Origin: Candidatus Eiseniibacteriota bacterium
Lineage (GTDB): Bacteria > Eisenbacteria > RBG-16-71-46
Length of the DNA stretch: 64,000 bases
Direction: 5' to 3'
NCBI GenBank assembly: GCA_044222065.1
Contig: JBGAOA010000002.1
Span: 1-64,000, forward strand
This document shows positions 38,876 through 48,879 of this stretch, piece by piece. Both the position numbers and the translations under genes were made by a program. The notes beneath the pieces are model-generated. The model saw only the letters and a list, made by a program, of their open reading frames with translations. It was not told the DNA's origin and made no database searches. The first letter of the stretch is position 1. Each line of letters opens with the position of its first letter.

Positions 38876-39874
38876 GTGCGGCCGGTTCGCGTCGGAGTCT
38901 GGGGCGTCGGAGTGTGGGGGGAGAAGCACGCGCGTGTGTACTCGTCGCTCGAGGGCGCATCGCTCGCGGGCGTCTTCGATCGCGATCGCGCGCGCGCCGA
39001 GAAGGTGGCGTCGGACTACGGCACGCGCGTGTTCGATCATCCGGATGCGCTGCTCGAGGCCGTGGAGGCGGTGTCCATCGCGGTGCCGACCGTCGCGCAC
39101 CGCGAGGCCGTCGAGCGCGCGTGCGCCGCGGGCCGTCACGCGCTCGTCGAGAAGCCGATGGCGGTCACGGTCGCCGAGGCGGATGCCATGTGCGCGGCGG
39201 CCGAGCGCGCGGGCGTCGTGCTGCAGGTCGGGCAGGTCGAGCGCTTCAATCCGGCGCTGCTCGCGGCGCGGCCGTTCGTCGAGAAGCCCAAGTTCGTCGA
39301 GGCGCACCGGCTCGCGCTGTTCCAGCCGCGTTCGCTCGACATCGACGTCGTGTTCGACCTCATGATCCACGACCTGGACGCGGTGCTGCACGTCGTCGGC
39401 AAGACGCCGACGTCGCTGTCCGCCGTCGGCGTGGCGGTGCTGTCCGAGAACGAGGACATCGCGAACGCGCGGCTCGAGTTCGACGACGGCTGCGTCGCGA
39501 ACCTCACGGCGAGCCGCGTGTCGCAGGACCGGCTGCGGCGCATCCGCTTCTTCACGGCGAACGCCTACGTGTCCGTGGACCTATTCGAGAAGTCCGGCGA
39601 GGCGTTCGTGATCCAGGATCCCGGTTCGTTCCGCCCCGGCAAGGTGGATCCGTTCGCGCTGCTGTCGGGCATCCGGCGCACGAAGATCACGCCCGACGGC
39701 GGCGAGCCGCTCGCGCTCGAACTCGCCGCCTTCCTGCGCTCGCTGCGCGACGGCGGTCCGGGCGCCGCGACCGCGGCCGAGGGACGGGAAGCGCTGCGCG
39801 TCGCGGAGGCGGTGCGCTCCGCGATGAAGCAGCGCGCGACGCAGTGGGCGCTGTCCGCGAACGCCGGTTCCTGA
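38876..39874 (+). CDS. Gfo/Idh/MocA oxidoreductase, GnnA-like (UDP-GlcNAc 3-dehydrogenase)
   Basis: VEKPMA, VGQVERFNPA, DVVFDLMIHDLD, ANARLEF, NLTASRVS; located between lpxA and lpxB. Confidence 0.75.
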   Translation: MRPVRVGVWGVGVWGEKHARVYSSLEGASLAGVFDRDRARAEKVASDYGTRVFDHPDALLEAVEAVSIAVPTVAHREAVERACAAGRHALVEKPMAVTVAEADAMCAAAERAGVVLQVGQVERFNPALLAARPFVEKPKFVEAHRLALFQPRSLDIDVVFDLMIHDLDAVLHVVGKTPTSLSAVGVAVLSENEDIANARLEFDDGCVANLTASRVSQDRLRRIRFFTANAYVSVDLFEKSGEAFVIQDPGSFRPGKVDPFALLSGIRRTKITPDGGEPLALELAAFLRSLRDGGPGAATAAEGREALRVAEAVRSAMKQRATQWALSANAGS

Positions 39875-40980
39875 TCGTCGCCGGGGAGCCGTCGGGGGAC
39901 GCGCACGCCGCGCGTCTCGTGAAGGCGCTCCGCGAGCTCGGGAACGTCTCGGTGCGCGGCGTCGCGGGCCCCGCGATGCGCGCGGCCGGGGTCGAGTGCC
40001 TCGTGCCGATGGAGCGCCTCGCGGTGCTCGGTTTCGCCGAGATCGTCGCGAAGCTGCCCGTGCTGTTCGGGACGCGCGACACGCTGCTGCGCTCGCTCGA
40101 GCGCGAACGCCCCGACGCGGTCGTGCTCGTGGACTATCCGGGATTCAACCTGCGCTTCGGACCGCTCGCGCGCGCGCGCGGCGCGAAGGTCTTCTACTAC
40201 ATCGCGCCGCAGGTCTGGGCGTGGCATCCCGAGCGCGCCGCCGCGATGGCGCGCTGGGTGGACGCGCTCGCCGTCGTGTTCGCGTTCGAGGAGCCGCTGT
40301 TCCGGGACGCGGGCGTGAACGCGCGCTGGGTCGGGCATCCGCTGCTCGACGACCTCGCGCCGGAGTGCGACGCGGCGGCGCTGCGCGCCGAACTCGGCCT
40401 CGCGGCGGACGCTCCGCTGCTCGGCCTCTTGCCCGGGAGCCGCGCCCAGGAGATCTCGCGCCTGCTCGCGCCGCTGCTCGCGGTCGCCGCGCGGGTGAGC
40501 GCCGCGGATCCGCGCGTGACCGCGGTCGTCGCGGCCGCCGCGGGCCTCGAGCCCGGCGCGTACGCCGCGGCCGAGCGCGCGGGCGTGCGCGTCGTGCGCG
40601 GCCGGACGCACGCGGTGCAGGCGCACGCGACGGCGTGCGTCGTCGCCTCGGGCACGGCGACGCTCGAGACCGCGCTGTTCGGCACGCCGCTCGCGATCGT
40701 GTACCGCGTCGGCGCGCTCAACTACGCGATCGCCCGGCGGCTCGTCACGCTCGAGCGGATCGGGCTGCCGAACATCGTCGCGCGCGAGGACGTGGCCCCC
40801 GAGTTCGTGCAGGGCGCGTTCGATCCGGAACGCGTCGCGGCGGCAGTGGGGCCCTGGCTCGCGGACCCGGCGGCGCGCGCCGCGGCGTCCGCGAAGCTCG
40901 GCGCCGTGCGGCGCGCGCTCGGCGAGCCGGGCGCATCGCGTCGGGCGGCGGAGGCGCTGTGGGCGCTCGCGGACTCGTGA
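39844..40980 (+). CDS. lpxB: Lipid-A-disaccharide synthase
   Basis: IVAGEPSGD, VDYPGFNL, YIAPQVWAW, LLPGSR, ASGTATLE, GLPNI. Confidence 0.95.
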   Translation: MGAVRERRFLIVAGEPSGDAHAARLVKALRELGNVSVRGVAGPAMRAAGVECLVPMERLAVLGFAEIVAKLPVLFGTRDTLLRSLERERPDAVVLVDYPGFNLRFGPLARARGAKVFYYIAPQVWAWHPERAAAMARWVDALAVVFAFEEPLFRDAGVNARWVGHPLLDDLAPECDAAALRAELGLAADAPLLGLLPGSRAQEISRLLAPLLAVAARVSAADPRVTAVVAAAAGLEPGAYAAAERAGVRVVRGRTHAVQAHATACVVASGTATLETALFGTPLAIVYRVGALNYAIARRLVTLERIGLPNIVAREDVAPEFVQGAFDPERVAAAVGPWLADPAARAAASAKLGAVRRALGEPGASRRAAEALWALADS

Positions 40981-41631
40981 CGCGCTATCCGTGGTGGCTC
41001 GAGCCCGCCGCGTTCCTCGGCGCGGCGCTGCTGCGGCGGCGCGACGTGGCGGCTCGCGACGTGCGGCCTCGCGGCGCTGCACGCCCGCGAGGCCAGCGGC
41101 GAACGGTTCGTGCTCGCGCTCTGGCATTCGTGCCTGCTCGCCCCGATCTACAGCCACCGCGGTCGGGGGGTGGCGATCCTGGTTTCGCGCCACCGCGACG
41201 GCGAGGTGATCACGCGCATCATCGAGCGGCTCGGCTTCGAGACGGCGCGGGGCTCGAGCACGCGCGGCGGGGTGGAGGGAGCGCGCGAGATGCTCGAGCT
41301 CGCGCGCGAGGGGCGCACGCTCGGGATCACGCCGGACGGCCCGCGCGGGCCGGCGGAGCGACTCAAGCCGGGTGTGGTCGTGATCGCGAGCCGGTCGGGA
41401 CTCCCGATCGTGCCGCTCGCGAGCGCGTCTTCGTCGTGCTGGGTGATGCGCTCGTGGGACCGATTCCGGGTCCCGAAGCCGTTCGCACGCGTCGTCGTCG
41501 CCTATGGCGAGCCGATCGCCGTGCCGCGCGACCTGAGCGACGCCGACCTGGAGTCGTGGCGGGACCGGGTCGAGCGCGCGATCGCGGAGCACTCGGCGGC
41601 GGTGCGCGAACGGGCGGGAGAGCCGTCGTGA
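40977..41631 (+). CDS. DUF374-family lysophospholipid acyltransferase (LpxJ-like late acyltransferase); frameshift near 41040-41100
   Basis: ALWH, SRHRDGE, RGSSTRGG, TPDGPRGP, SWDRFRVPKPF; the N-terminus MTRYPWWLEP is in another frame. Confidence 0.82.
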
Positions 41632-42882
41632 GCCTCGCGTGGCGCGTCTACCGCGCGGTCGTCCCCGTCCTCGGCGGCGTCGCGCCTCACGCCCGCGTGT
41701 TCGCGGGGCCGAAGGAGCGCCCGCTGTGGAGCGAGCGCATGGGCGAGGTGCGGCGCGAGGGCGGCGTCCACGCGTGGTGCACGGCGCGCGTCGCTCGGCG
41801 AGGCGAACGCCGTGCTGCCGCTCGTGCGCGAGCTCGTCGCGCTGCAGCGCGACGCCGCGCTGCACCTCACCGCAACGACGCGCACGGGACGCGCGCGCCT
41901 CGCCGAGAGCGGGCATCCCGCGACGCTCGCGCCGGTCGACGCGCCGCAGGCGGTCGCGCGGTTCTTCGACGGCGTCGCGCCGCGCCGCGTGTTCATCGTC
42001 GAGACCGAGCTGTGGCCGCACTGGCTGCTCGCGGCGCGGGCGCGCGAGATCCCGGTCGCGCTCGCGAGCGCGCGGCTGTCGGAGAACTCGGTCGAGAAGT
42101 ACGAACTGTTCGGCGCGCCGTTCCGCGAACTCGTCGCGGGTCTCGCGGCGGTGCTGTGCCAGTCCCCGGAGGACGCGGGGCGCTGGGTCGCGATCGGCGC
42201 GCGTCCGGACCGGGTCGCGGTCGTCGGCAACCTGAAGAACGACGCGCTGCCCGAGCCGGCCGAGAGCCGCGAACGCGAGCGCCTCGCGCTCGGGTTCGAT
42301 CCCGCGCGGCCGCTGTTCGTCGCGGGGAGCCTTCGTCCCGGGGAGGCGCGCGTGCTCGCCCAGGCGTGGCGACGGCTGCCCGAGGCGGTGCGCGCGGCGT
42401 GGCAGGTCGTCGTCGTGCCGCGCCACGGCCGCGCGACGGCGGAATTGCGGTCGGAACTGCGCGAGGCCGGCGTCGCTTCGTCCGCATCGCCGCAGGCGGA
42501 CCCCGGCGCGTTCGGATTCGACGATCGCGCGGGCGTGCTCGTCGGCTACTATCGCGCCGCGGACGCGGCGCTCGTCGGCGGCAGCCTTCAGCCTTACGGC
42601 GGACACAATCCGCTCGAGCCCGCGGCGTGCGGGTGCGCGGTGGTCGTCGGCGTCCACACCGAGCACCAGCGCGAGGCGGTCCGGGCGCTCGAGCAGGGGG
42701 AGGGCGTGGCGATCGTGGACGGTGCGGGGGCGCTCGCGGCGGCGCTCGGTGCCCTGCTCGAGGATGCGGAAGCGCGCGAGCGCGCGGCCGCGGCGGCGCT
42801 CGCGGTGACGCGCGCGCTGCGCGGCGGTGCGAAACGCGCGGCGGTGAGGCTCGCGGCCGCCGGATTGTGGCCGGTCGCGTGA
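41628..42882 (+). CDS. waaA: Kdo transferase; frameshift near 41775-41790
   Basis: Reconstructed W(V)HGASLGE, ETELWP, GNLKND, VPRH, GGHNPLEPA. Confidence 0.9.
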
Positions 42883-43838
42883 GCGGCGCGCCCCTGGCCG
42901 CGGCGGCGGAGCGGCTGTACGAAGCCGCGTGGGAGTTCCGGCGCCTGCTCTACGCGCGCGGCGTGCGGCGGCCCGAGCGCGTCCGCGCGCGCGTCGTGAG
43001 CCTCGGCAATCTCTCGGTCGGCGGCACCGGGAAGACGACTCTCGCGCTGCACCTCGCCGCGCGCGCGAGCGAACGCGGAACGGCGTGCGCGGTCGTGTGC
43101 CGCCGCTACCGGCCGGGCCCCGGCGATGCGGGCGACGAGGAATTGCTGCTGCGCGAGCGCCTGCCCGGGACGCCGGTGTTCGCGGGCGACTCGAAGCGCG
43201 AACTCGCGCGCGCGGCCGCCGCTTCCGGCGCGGCGCTCGTGCTCGTGGACGACGCGTTCTCGCACTGGCGGCTCGCCCGCGATTGCGACCTCGTGCTCGT
43301 GGACGGCGCGGATCCGCTCGGAGGCGGCCGGCTGCTGCCCGCGGGGCGGCTGCGCGAGCCGCTGCGCGCGCTGCAGCGCGCGGACGCCGTGATCGTCACG
43401 CGCCTCGCGCCCGGCGCCGCGCCCGACGACGCGTTCGCGACGGTCGCGCCCTACGCTCCGGCGGCCCTGCTCGCCGCGGGCCGGCACGAGATCGTCGGCG
43501 CGTTCGACTCGCACGGCGCGCCGCTGCCGGCGGGCGCGCCGGTCTTCGTCGTCACCGCGACGGGCAACCCCGGCGCCGTGCGCGCATCGGCGGCCGAAGC
43601 GGGGCTCGACGTGCGTGGCGCGCGGACGTTCCGCGACCACCACTGGTTCTCGGCCGGCGAGGTTCGCGAAGTGCTCGCGGCGGCGCGGCCGCTCGGCGCG
43701 CGCGTGCTGCTGACGGCGAAGGACGCGGTGCGCTGGCCGCGCGCCGCACGGGAGGACGCGGCGGTGCTCGAAGTGCGCTGGCGCTGGGTCGCCAGCGGCG
43801 AGGCGGTGGAACGCCTCGCGTTCGGAGGGGCGGCGTGA
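42879..43838 (+). CDS. lpxK: Tetraacyldisaccharide 4'-kinase
   Basis: SLGNLSVGGTGKT, GDE, DDAFSHWRLARD, LPAGRLREP, FRDHH, TAKDAV. Confidence 0.92.
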   Translation: MSGAPLAAAAERLYEAAWEFRRLLYARGVRRPERVRARVVSLGNLSVGGTGKTTLALHLAARASERGTACAVVCRRYRPGPGDAGDEELLLRERLPGTPVFAGDSKRELARAAAASGAALVLVDDAFSHWRLARDCDLVLVDGADPLGGGRLLPAGRLREPLRALQRADAVIVTRLAPGAAPDDAFATVAPYAPAALLAAGRHEIVGAFDSHGAPLPAGAPVFVVTATGNPGAVRASAAEAGLDVRGARTFRDHHWFSAGEVREVLAAARPLGARVLLTAKDAVRWPRAAREDAAVLEVRWRWVASGEAVERLAFGGAA

Positions 43839-45466
43839 TGCACGCGGACGTGCTCGTGCTCGGAAGCGGCATCGCGGGGCTGTCGCTCGCGCTCGAAGCG
43901 GCGCGCGATGCGGACGTGCTCGTGCTCACGAAGAAGGCCGCGCACGAGGCGAACACGAACTACGCGCAGGGCGGGATCGCGGCCGTGTTCGACGAGGCCG
44001 ACTCGTTCGAGAACCACTACCGGGACACGCTGCGCGCGGGCGCGGGGCTGTGTCGCGAGCCGGTCGTGCGGCAGGTCGTGCAGGAGGCGCCGGAGCGCGT
44101 GCGCGCGCTCGCGGGCCTCGGCGTGCGATTCAACCGCGAGGCGCTGGGCTTCGCGCTCGGGATGGAGGGCGGACACACGCACCGGCGCATCGTGCACGCG
44201 AGCGACTTCACGGGCCGCGAGATCGAGTCGGTGCTCATCCGCCGGGTGCGGCGCCATCCGCGCATCCGCATGGTCGAGAACCGTCTCGCCGTGGACCTGC
44301 TGCTCGAGTCGCGGATCCGCGGCCGGCGCTCGGCGGCGCGCGACGCGTGCTGGGGCGCCTACGTGATGGACGAGCAGACCGGCCGCATCGAACCGCTCGT
44401 CGCGCGCGTCACCGTACTCGCGACCGGCGGCTGCGGCAAGGCCTACCTGTACACGACCAATCCCGACGTCGCGACGGGCGACGGGCTCGCGATGGCGTAC
44501 CGCGCGGGCGCGCCGGTCGCGAACCTCGAGTTCATGCAGTTCCATCCGACCTGTCTCTACCACCCGCAGGTGAAGTCCTTCCTGCTCACCGAGGCGCTGC
44601 GCGGCGAGGGCGCCGTGCTGCGCACGCTCGACGGCGCGCGCTTCATGCCGCGCTACGACCGCCGCGCCGAACTCGCGCCGCGCGACATCGTCGCGCGCGC
44701 GATCGACCGCGAGATGAAGCGGCGCGGCGAATCGCACGTCCTGCTCGACATCACGCACCGCAAGGCGGCCGACGTGCGCCGGCGCTTCCCGAACATCGTG
44801 GCGCAGCTCCTCGCGGTCGGGCTCGACCTCGCGCGCGAACCGATCCCCGTCGTGCCCGCGGCTCACTACATGTGCGGCGGCGTGCGTGCGACGCTCGGCG
44901 GCCGCACGCCGATCGCCGGGCTGCTCGCGATCGGCGAGGTCGCGTGCACGGGCCTCCACGGCGCGAACCGGCTCGCGAGCAACTCGCTGCTCGAGGCGCT
45001 CGTGTCGGCGCACCACGCGGTCGCCGAGGTGCGCGCGCGGCTCCACGACGCGGGTCGCGCGCCGCGGCCCGAGCCGTGGCACGCGGGGGAGGCGCGTCCG
45101 CCGCTCGAGACCGTGCTGTTCGACCACCACTGGGACGCCGTGCGCCGCGTCATGTGGGACCTCGTCGGAATCGTGCGCACGGACGAACGCCTCGCGCTCG
45201 CGGCGCGCCGGCTCGCGGACCTGCGCCGCGAGATCGAGCGCGACTACCGCCGCTTCCGCCTCTCGACCGACCTCGTGGAGCTGCGCAACCTGGCGCTCGT
45301 CGCGCAGCTCATCGTCGGGTGCGCGCGGCGGCGCAGGGAGAGCCGAGGGCTGCACTTCAACCTCGACCATCCGCACGCGGTCCCGGCGCTCGCGCGCCGC
45401 GACACGGTGCTGCGGCTCACGAGTGCGCGCGGCGCGGTTGCCGTGCGTTCCGGCCGCGGCCTATAG
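43838..45466 (+). CDS. nadB: L-aspartate oxidase
   Basis: GSGIAGL, YAQGGIAA, EGGHTHRRIVH, QFHPT, TEALRGEG, PAAHYMCGG, GLHGANRLASNSLLE, ESRGLH. Confidence 0.96.
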   Translation: MHADVLVLGSGIAGLSLALEAARDADVLVLTKKAAHEANTNYAQGGIAAVFDEADSFENHYRDTLRAGAGLCREPVVRQVVQEAPERVRALAGLGVRFNREALGFALGMEGGHTHRRIVHASDFTGREIESVLIRRVRRHPRIRMVENRLAVDLLLESRIRGRRSAARDACWGAYVMDEQTGRIEPLVARVTVLATGGCGKAYLYTTNPDVATGDGLAMAYRAGAPVANLEFMQFHPTCLYHPQVKSFLLTEALRGEGAVLRTLDGARFMPRYDRRAELAPRDIVARAIDREMKRRGESHVLLDITHRKAADVRRRFPNIVAQLLAVGLDLAREPIPVVPAAHYMCGGVRATLGGRTPIAGLLAIGEVACTGLHGANRLASNSLLEALVSAHHAVAEVRARLHDAGRAPRPEPWHAGEARPPLETVLFDHHWDAVRRVMWDLVGIVRTDERLALAARRLADLRREIERDYRRFRLSTDLVELRNLALVAQLIVGCARRRRESRGLHFNLDHPHAVPALARRDTVLRLTSARGAVAVRSGRGL

Positions 45467-45467
45467 T
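45438..45467 (+). promoter_or_regulatory. Putative sigma70 promoter overlapping the nadB 3' end
   Basis: TTGCCG-N18-TATAGT. Confidence 0.45.
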
Positions 45468-45484
45468 CGGCGCGGCATGACCGC

Positions 45485-45895
45485 ATGACGACGCCCGAAC
45501 ACGCATTCTGGGCCACCGTGGACGCGATCCGCGAGCGCGACCCCCGCTACCGGCGGGAGGCGTACGCGTTCGTGATGCGGTCGCTCGCGGCCGTGGCGCG
45601 CACGCTACCGCCCGAACGGGCGCAGGACCCGGTCCGGCGGCACCTCTCGGGCGGCGAGCTGCTGCGCGGAGCGCTCGTGATCGCACGACAGGAGTTCGGC
45701 GTGCTCGCGCCGACCGTGCTGCGCGAGTGGGGGCTCCTCAGCGGGCTCGACTTCGGACGCATCGTCTTCCAGCTCGTCGAGGCCGGCGAGCTGAGCGCGC
45801 GGCCGGAAGACTCGCTCGACGACTTCCGCGGCATGGACGACCTGCCGACGGCGGTGAGCGCGGCGCCCGGCGCCCGCGGAACGCGGCCCCGCTGA
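45485..45895 (+). CDS. Minf_1886-family (Verrucomicrobia/Planctomycetes-type) conserved hypothetical protein
   Basis: DPRYRREAYAFV..RHLSGGELL..FGVLAPTVLREWG..DFGRIVFQLVEAG..EDSLDDF, recognised from memory of the family. Confidence 0.75.
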   Translation: MTTPEHAFWATVDAIRERDPRYRREAYAFVMRSLAAVARTLPPERAQDPVRRHLSGGELLRGALVIARQEFGVLAPTVLREWGLLSGLDFGRIVFQLVEAGELSARPEDSLDDFRGMDDLPTAVSAAPGARGTRPR

Positions 45896-45897
45896 TC

Positions 45898-47727
45898 GTG
45901 CGCGTCTACCTTCGACTGCTCGGATACCTGCGACCCTACCGGGGCCGCCTCGCGGCCGCGATCGCGTGCATGGTCCTGTACGCCGCGATGTCGGCGATCT
46001 CGCTCGGACTCGTCGCGCCGTTCATGAAGGTGCTGTTCGAGCGCGCCGGGAGCGCGGACCCCGCGCCCGGATCCGCCGCATCCGCGGACCGCCTCGCCGG
46101 CTGGCCGGCGCCGCTCCAGGCGATCGCCGAACGCACACTGCTCGACGCCCGGCCGATCGTCGCGCTCGAACGCCTGTGCGTGTTCATACTGATCGCGCTC
46201 CTGCTCAAGAACCTCGCGGACTACCTGCAGGCGTTCCTCATGGTGTCGGTGGAGCAGGCCGCGATCCGCGACCTGCGGAGCGCCCTCTACGCGCACCTGC
46301 AGCGGCTGTCGCTCGACTTCTATCACGCGCGCCGCGCGGGCACGCTCGTTTCGCGGCTCACGAATGACGTCGAGTACCTGCGCGCCTCGCTCGCGTCCGG
46401 CATCAGCAACCTGATCAAGGATTCGCTGACGCTCGCGGGCTGCCTCGCGTGGGTGTTCTTCGCCTCGTGGCGGCTCGCGTTGCTGTCGCTCGTCGTGCTG
46501 CCGCCGGTCGCGTTCGCGCTCGTCCAGATCGGGCGGCGCATGCGGCGGCGCTCCGAGCGCGCGCAGGAGCGCATGGGCGACGTGACGAGCATCCTGCAGG
46601 AGACGATCTTCGGCGCGCGCGTCGTGAAAGCGTTCTCGATGGAGCGCTTCGAACGCGCGCGCTTCGACGAGGCGAACCACCGCTACTACGGGGCGTTCGT
46701 CCACCTGCGGCGCATCTCGGCGGCGGCCCGCCCCGTGAGCGAATACGCGATCGTGCTCGTCGCGGTCGCGATGCTGTGGTTCGGCGGCCGCGAGATCTTC
46801 GAGCGCCACTCGCTCGAGCCGCAGCAGTTCGTGCTGTTCGTCACGGCGCTCCTCAGCATGATCTCGCCGCTCAAGAGCCTGTCCGAGGTGAACTCGAACG
46901 TGCAGCAGGGCGTCGCGGCGGCGAGCCGCGCATTCGAGCTGCTCGACACCCCGCCGAGCGTCGCCGACCGTCCCGATGCGCGCGTGCTGCCCGGCTTCCG
47001 CGAGGCGATCCGCTACGAGGGCGTGTCGTTCGCCTACGCGGGCGGCGAGCGCGTGCTCGACGGCGTGGACCTCGAGATCCGCCGCGGCGAGGTCGTCGCG
47101 ATCGTCGGCGCGAGCGGCGCGGGCAAGAGCACCACGATGGATCTGCTGCCGCGCTTCTACGATCCGACCGCGGGCCGCCTCACGATCGACGGGGTGGACC
47201 TGCGCGACGTGACGCTGGACTCGCTGCGCGCCCAGTTCGGAATCGTCACGCAGGAGACGATCCTGTTCCACGATACCGTGCGCAACAACATCGCCTACGG
47301 TGCGACCGCGACGGCCGCGGCCGACGTCGAGGCGGCGGCGCGCGCGGCGAACGCGCACGACTTCATCGCGCGCATGCCGCAGGGCTACGACACCGTCGTC
47401 GGGGACCGCGGCGTACGGCTCTCGGGCGGCGAACGCCAGCGGCTCGCGATCGCGCGCGCGCTGCTCAAGAACCCGCCGATCCTGCTGCTCGACGAGGCGA
47501 CGTCGGCGCTGGACGTCGAGAGCGAACGGCTCGTTCAGGAGGCGCTCGAGCGGCTCATGAAGGACCGCACCGTGCTCGTGATCGCGCACCGGCTCTCGAC
47601 CGTGCAGCACGCCGACCGCATCGTCGTGCTGGACGGCGGCCGCGTCGCGGGCTTCGGCACGCACGGGGAGCTGATGGCCCGCGAGGGCCCGTACCGCCGC
47701 CTGTACGAGATGCAGTTCGTCGCGTGA
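45898..47727 (+). CDS. msbA: Lipid A flippase-type ABC exporter (MsbA-like)
   Basis: Transmembrane domain plus GASGAGKST, RFYDP, LSGGERQRLAIARA, LDEATSALD; LPS cluster context. Confidence 0.85.
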   Translation: MRVYLRLLGYLRPYRGRLAAAIACMVLYAAMSAISLGLVAPFMKVLFERAGSADPAPGSAASADRLAGWPAPLQAIAERTLLDARPIVALERLCVFILIALLLKNLADYLQAFLMVSVEQAAIRDLRSALYAHLQRLSLDFYHARRAGTLVSRLTNDVEYLRASLASGISNLIKDSLTLAGCLAWVFFASWRLALLSLVVLPPVAFALVQIGRRMRRRSERAQERMGDVTSILQETIFGARVVKAFSMERFERARFDEANHRYYGAFVHLRRISAAARPVSEYAIVLVAVAMLWFGGREIFERHSLEPQQFVLFVTALLSMISPLKSLSEVNSNVQQGVAAASRAFELLDTPPSVADRPDARVLPGFREAIRYEGVSFAYAGGERVLDGVDLEIRRGEVVAIVGASGAGKSTTMDLLPRFYDPTAGRLTIDGVDLRDVTLDSLRAQFGIVTQETILFHDTVRNNIAYGATATAAADVEAAARAANAHDFIARMPQGYDTVVGDRGVRLSGGERQRLAIARALLKNPPILLLDEATSALDVESERLVQEALERLMKDRTVLVIAHRLSTVQHADRIVVLDGGRVAGFGTHGELMAREGPYRRLYEMQFVA

Positions 47728-48791
47728 GTCCGCGGGCGCCGAAGCCGGTGGCCGTACCGGGCGGGGGCTTTCGCGACATCGCGGTGCTGCGGTTGTCGTC
47801 GCTCGGCGACGTGATCCTGACGCTGCCGGTCGTGCAGGCGCTGCGCGCGGCGTTCCCGTCGGCGCGAATCACGTACTGGATCAAGGAGGAGTTCGCGGAC
47901 GCGGTGCGCTTCGATCCCGCGCTCTCGCACGTGCGCGTGCTCGAACGCGACGCGCGCCGGCTCGAGGACCTCGTGTCGATGAGCGCGGAGCTCGAGGCTT
48001 GCGACCTGATTGTGGACCTGCACGCGAACGCCCGCACGCGCCTGCTCGCGTTCCGCCAGCGGGCGCCCGTGCTGCGCGTGCGTACTCACCGGATCGCGCG
48101 CGCGCGCTGGGTGCACGCGCGCTGGAGCGCGCCGCCGCGGCTCCCGGGCGCGCTCGCTCGCTACGCGTCGGCGCTCGCGCCGATCGGGCTCGAGGCCGCA
48201 GACGTCCCGCGGGTCGCCGCAGGCGAGGAGGCCGAGGCGTGGGCCGATGCGCAACTCTCGGCATGGGGGTGGGGCGAGGCCCCGCTCGTGCTCTGCCCGG
48301 CGGCGCAGCACGCGACCAAGCGCTGGCCCGAGCGGCACTGGCTCGCGCTCGACGAAGCGCTCGCTGCCGCGGGACGTGCGCGGCTCTACTTCTCGCTCGC
48401 GCGTGAGCGCGCTTCGTTCCCGGCGCTCGCGGCACGGATCGAGCGCGAGCCGCGGGCGCGCTGGATCTCGGAGCCGCTGCCGCGCATCGCGGCGCTGATG
48501 TCCCGCGGCGCCGCCGCGGTCGCGGGCGACACCGGCCTCATGCACCTCGCGGCCGCGCGCGGATTGCGCGTCGTCGCGCTCTTCGGCAGCACGTCCCCCG
48601 TGCTCGGCTTCGCGCCGGCGGGCGAGGGGCACGTCGTGCTGTGCCGCGACGAACCGTGTCAGCCTTGCACACTGCACGGTCGCGAGACCTGCCCGCTCGG
48701 ACACTTCCGCTGCATGATCGGGATCGAGCCCGGCGCCGTCCTCGCGGCGCTCGAGACGATCGCCACGCGCGCGGCGGGCGCCGGCGCTTGA
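47724..48791 (+). CDS. GT9 heptosyltransferase-family protein
   Basis: LRLSSLGDVILT, DLH, TKRWP, GDTGLMHLAAA, LFGST, CQPC. Confidence 0.9.
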   Translation: MSPRAPKPVAVPGGGFRDIAVLRLSSLGDVILTLPVVQALRAAFPSARITYWIKEEFADAVRFDPALSHVRVLERDARRLEDLVSMSAELEACDLIVDLHANARTRLLAFRQRAPVLRVRTHRIARARWVHARWSAPPRLPGALARYASALAPIGLEAADVPRVAAGEEAEAWADAQLSAWGWGEAPLVLCPAAQHATKRWPERHWLALDEALAAAGRARLYFSLARERASFPALAARIEREPRARWISEPLPRIAALMSRGAAAVAGDTGLMHLAAARGLRVVALFGSTSPVLGFAPAGEGHVVLCRDEPCQPCTLHGRETCPLGHFRCMIGIEPGAVLAALETIATRAAGAGA

Positions 48792-48817
48792 GGGGCCGCG
48801 CGAGCCGCCCCTATACT
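48788..48817 (+). promoter_or_regulatory. Putative sigma70 promoter for proS
   Basis: TTGAGG-N18-TATACT. Confidence 0.5.
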
Positions 48818-48879
48818 GCGCCCCCTTCACCTTCACGCCGCACGCGCGGGCCGAACCGCGACACCGCACCGGAGACGCC

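Noticed and set aside
39996..43838. 1280-aa + strand ORF appearing to fuse several LPS genes
   Set aside because: A composite of an off-frame lpxB region, the N-termini of the frameshifted DUF374 and waaA genes, and the real lpxK at its end. Not one protein.
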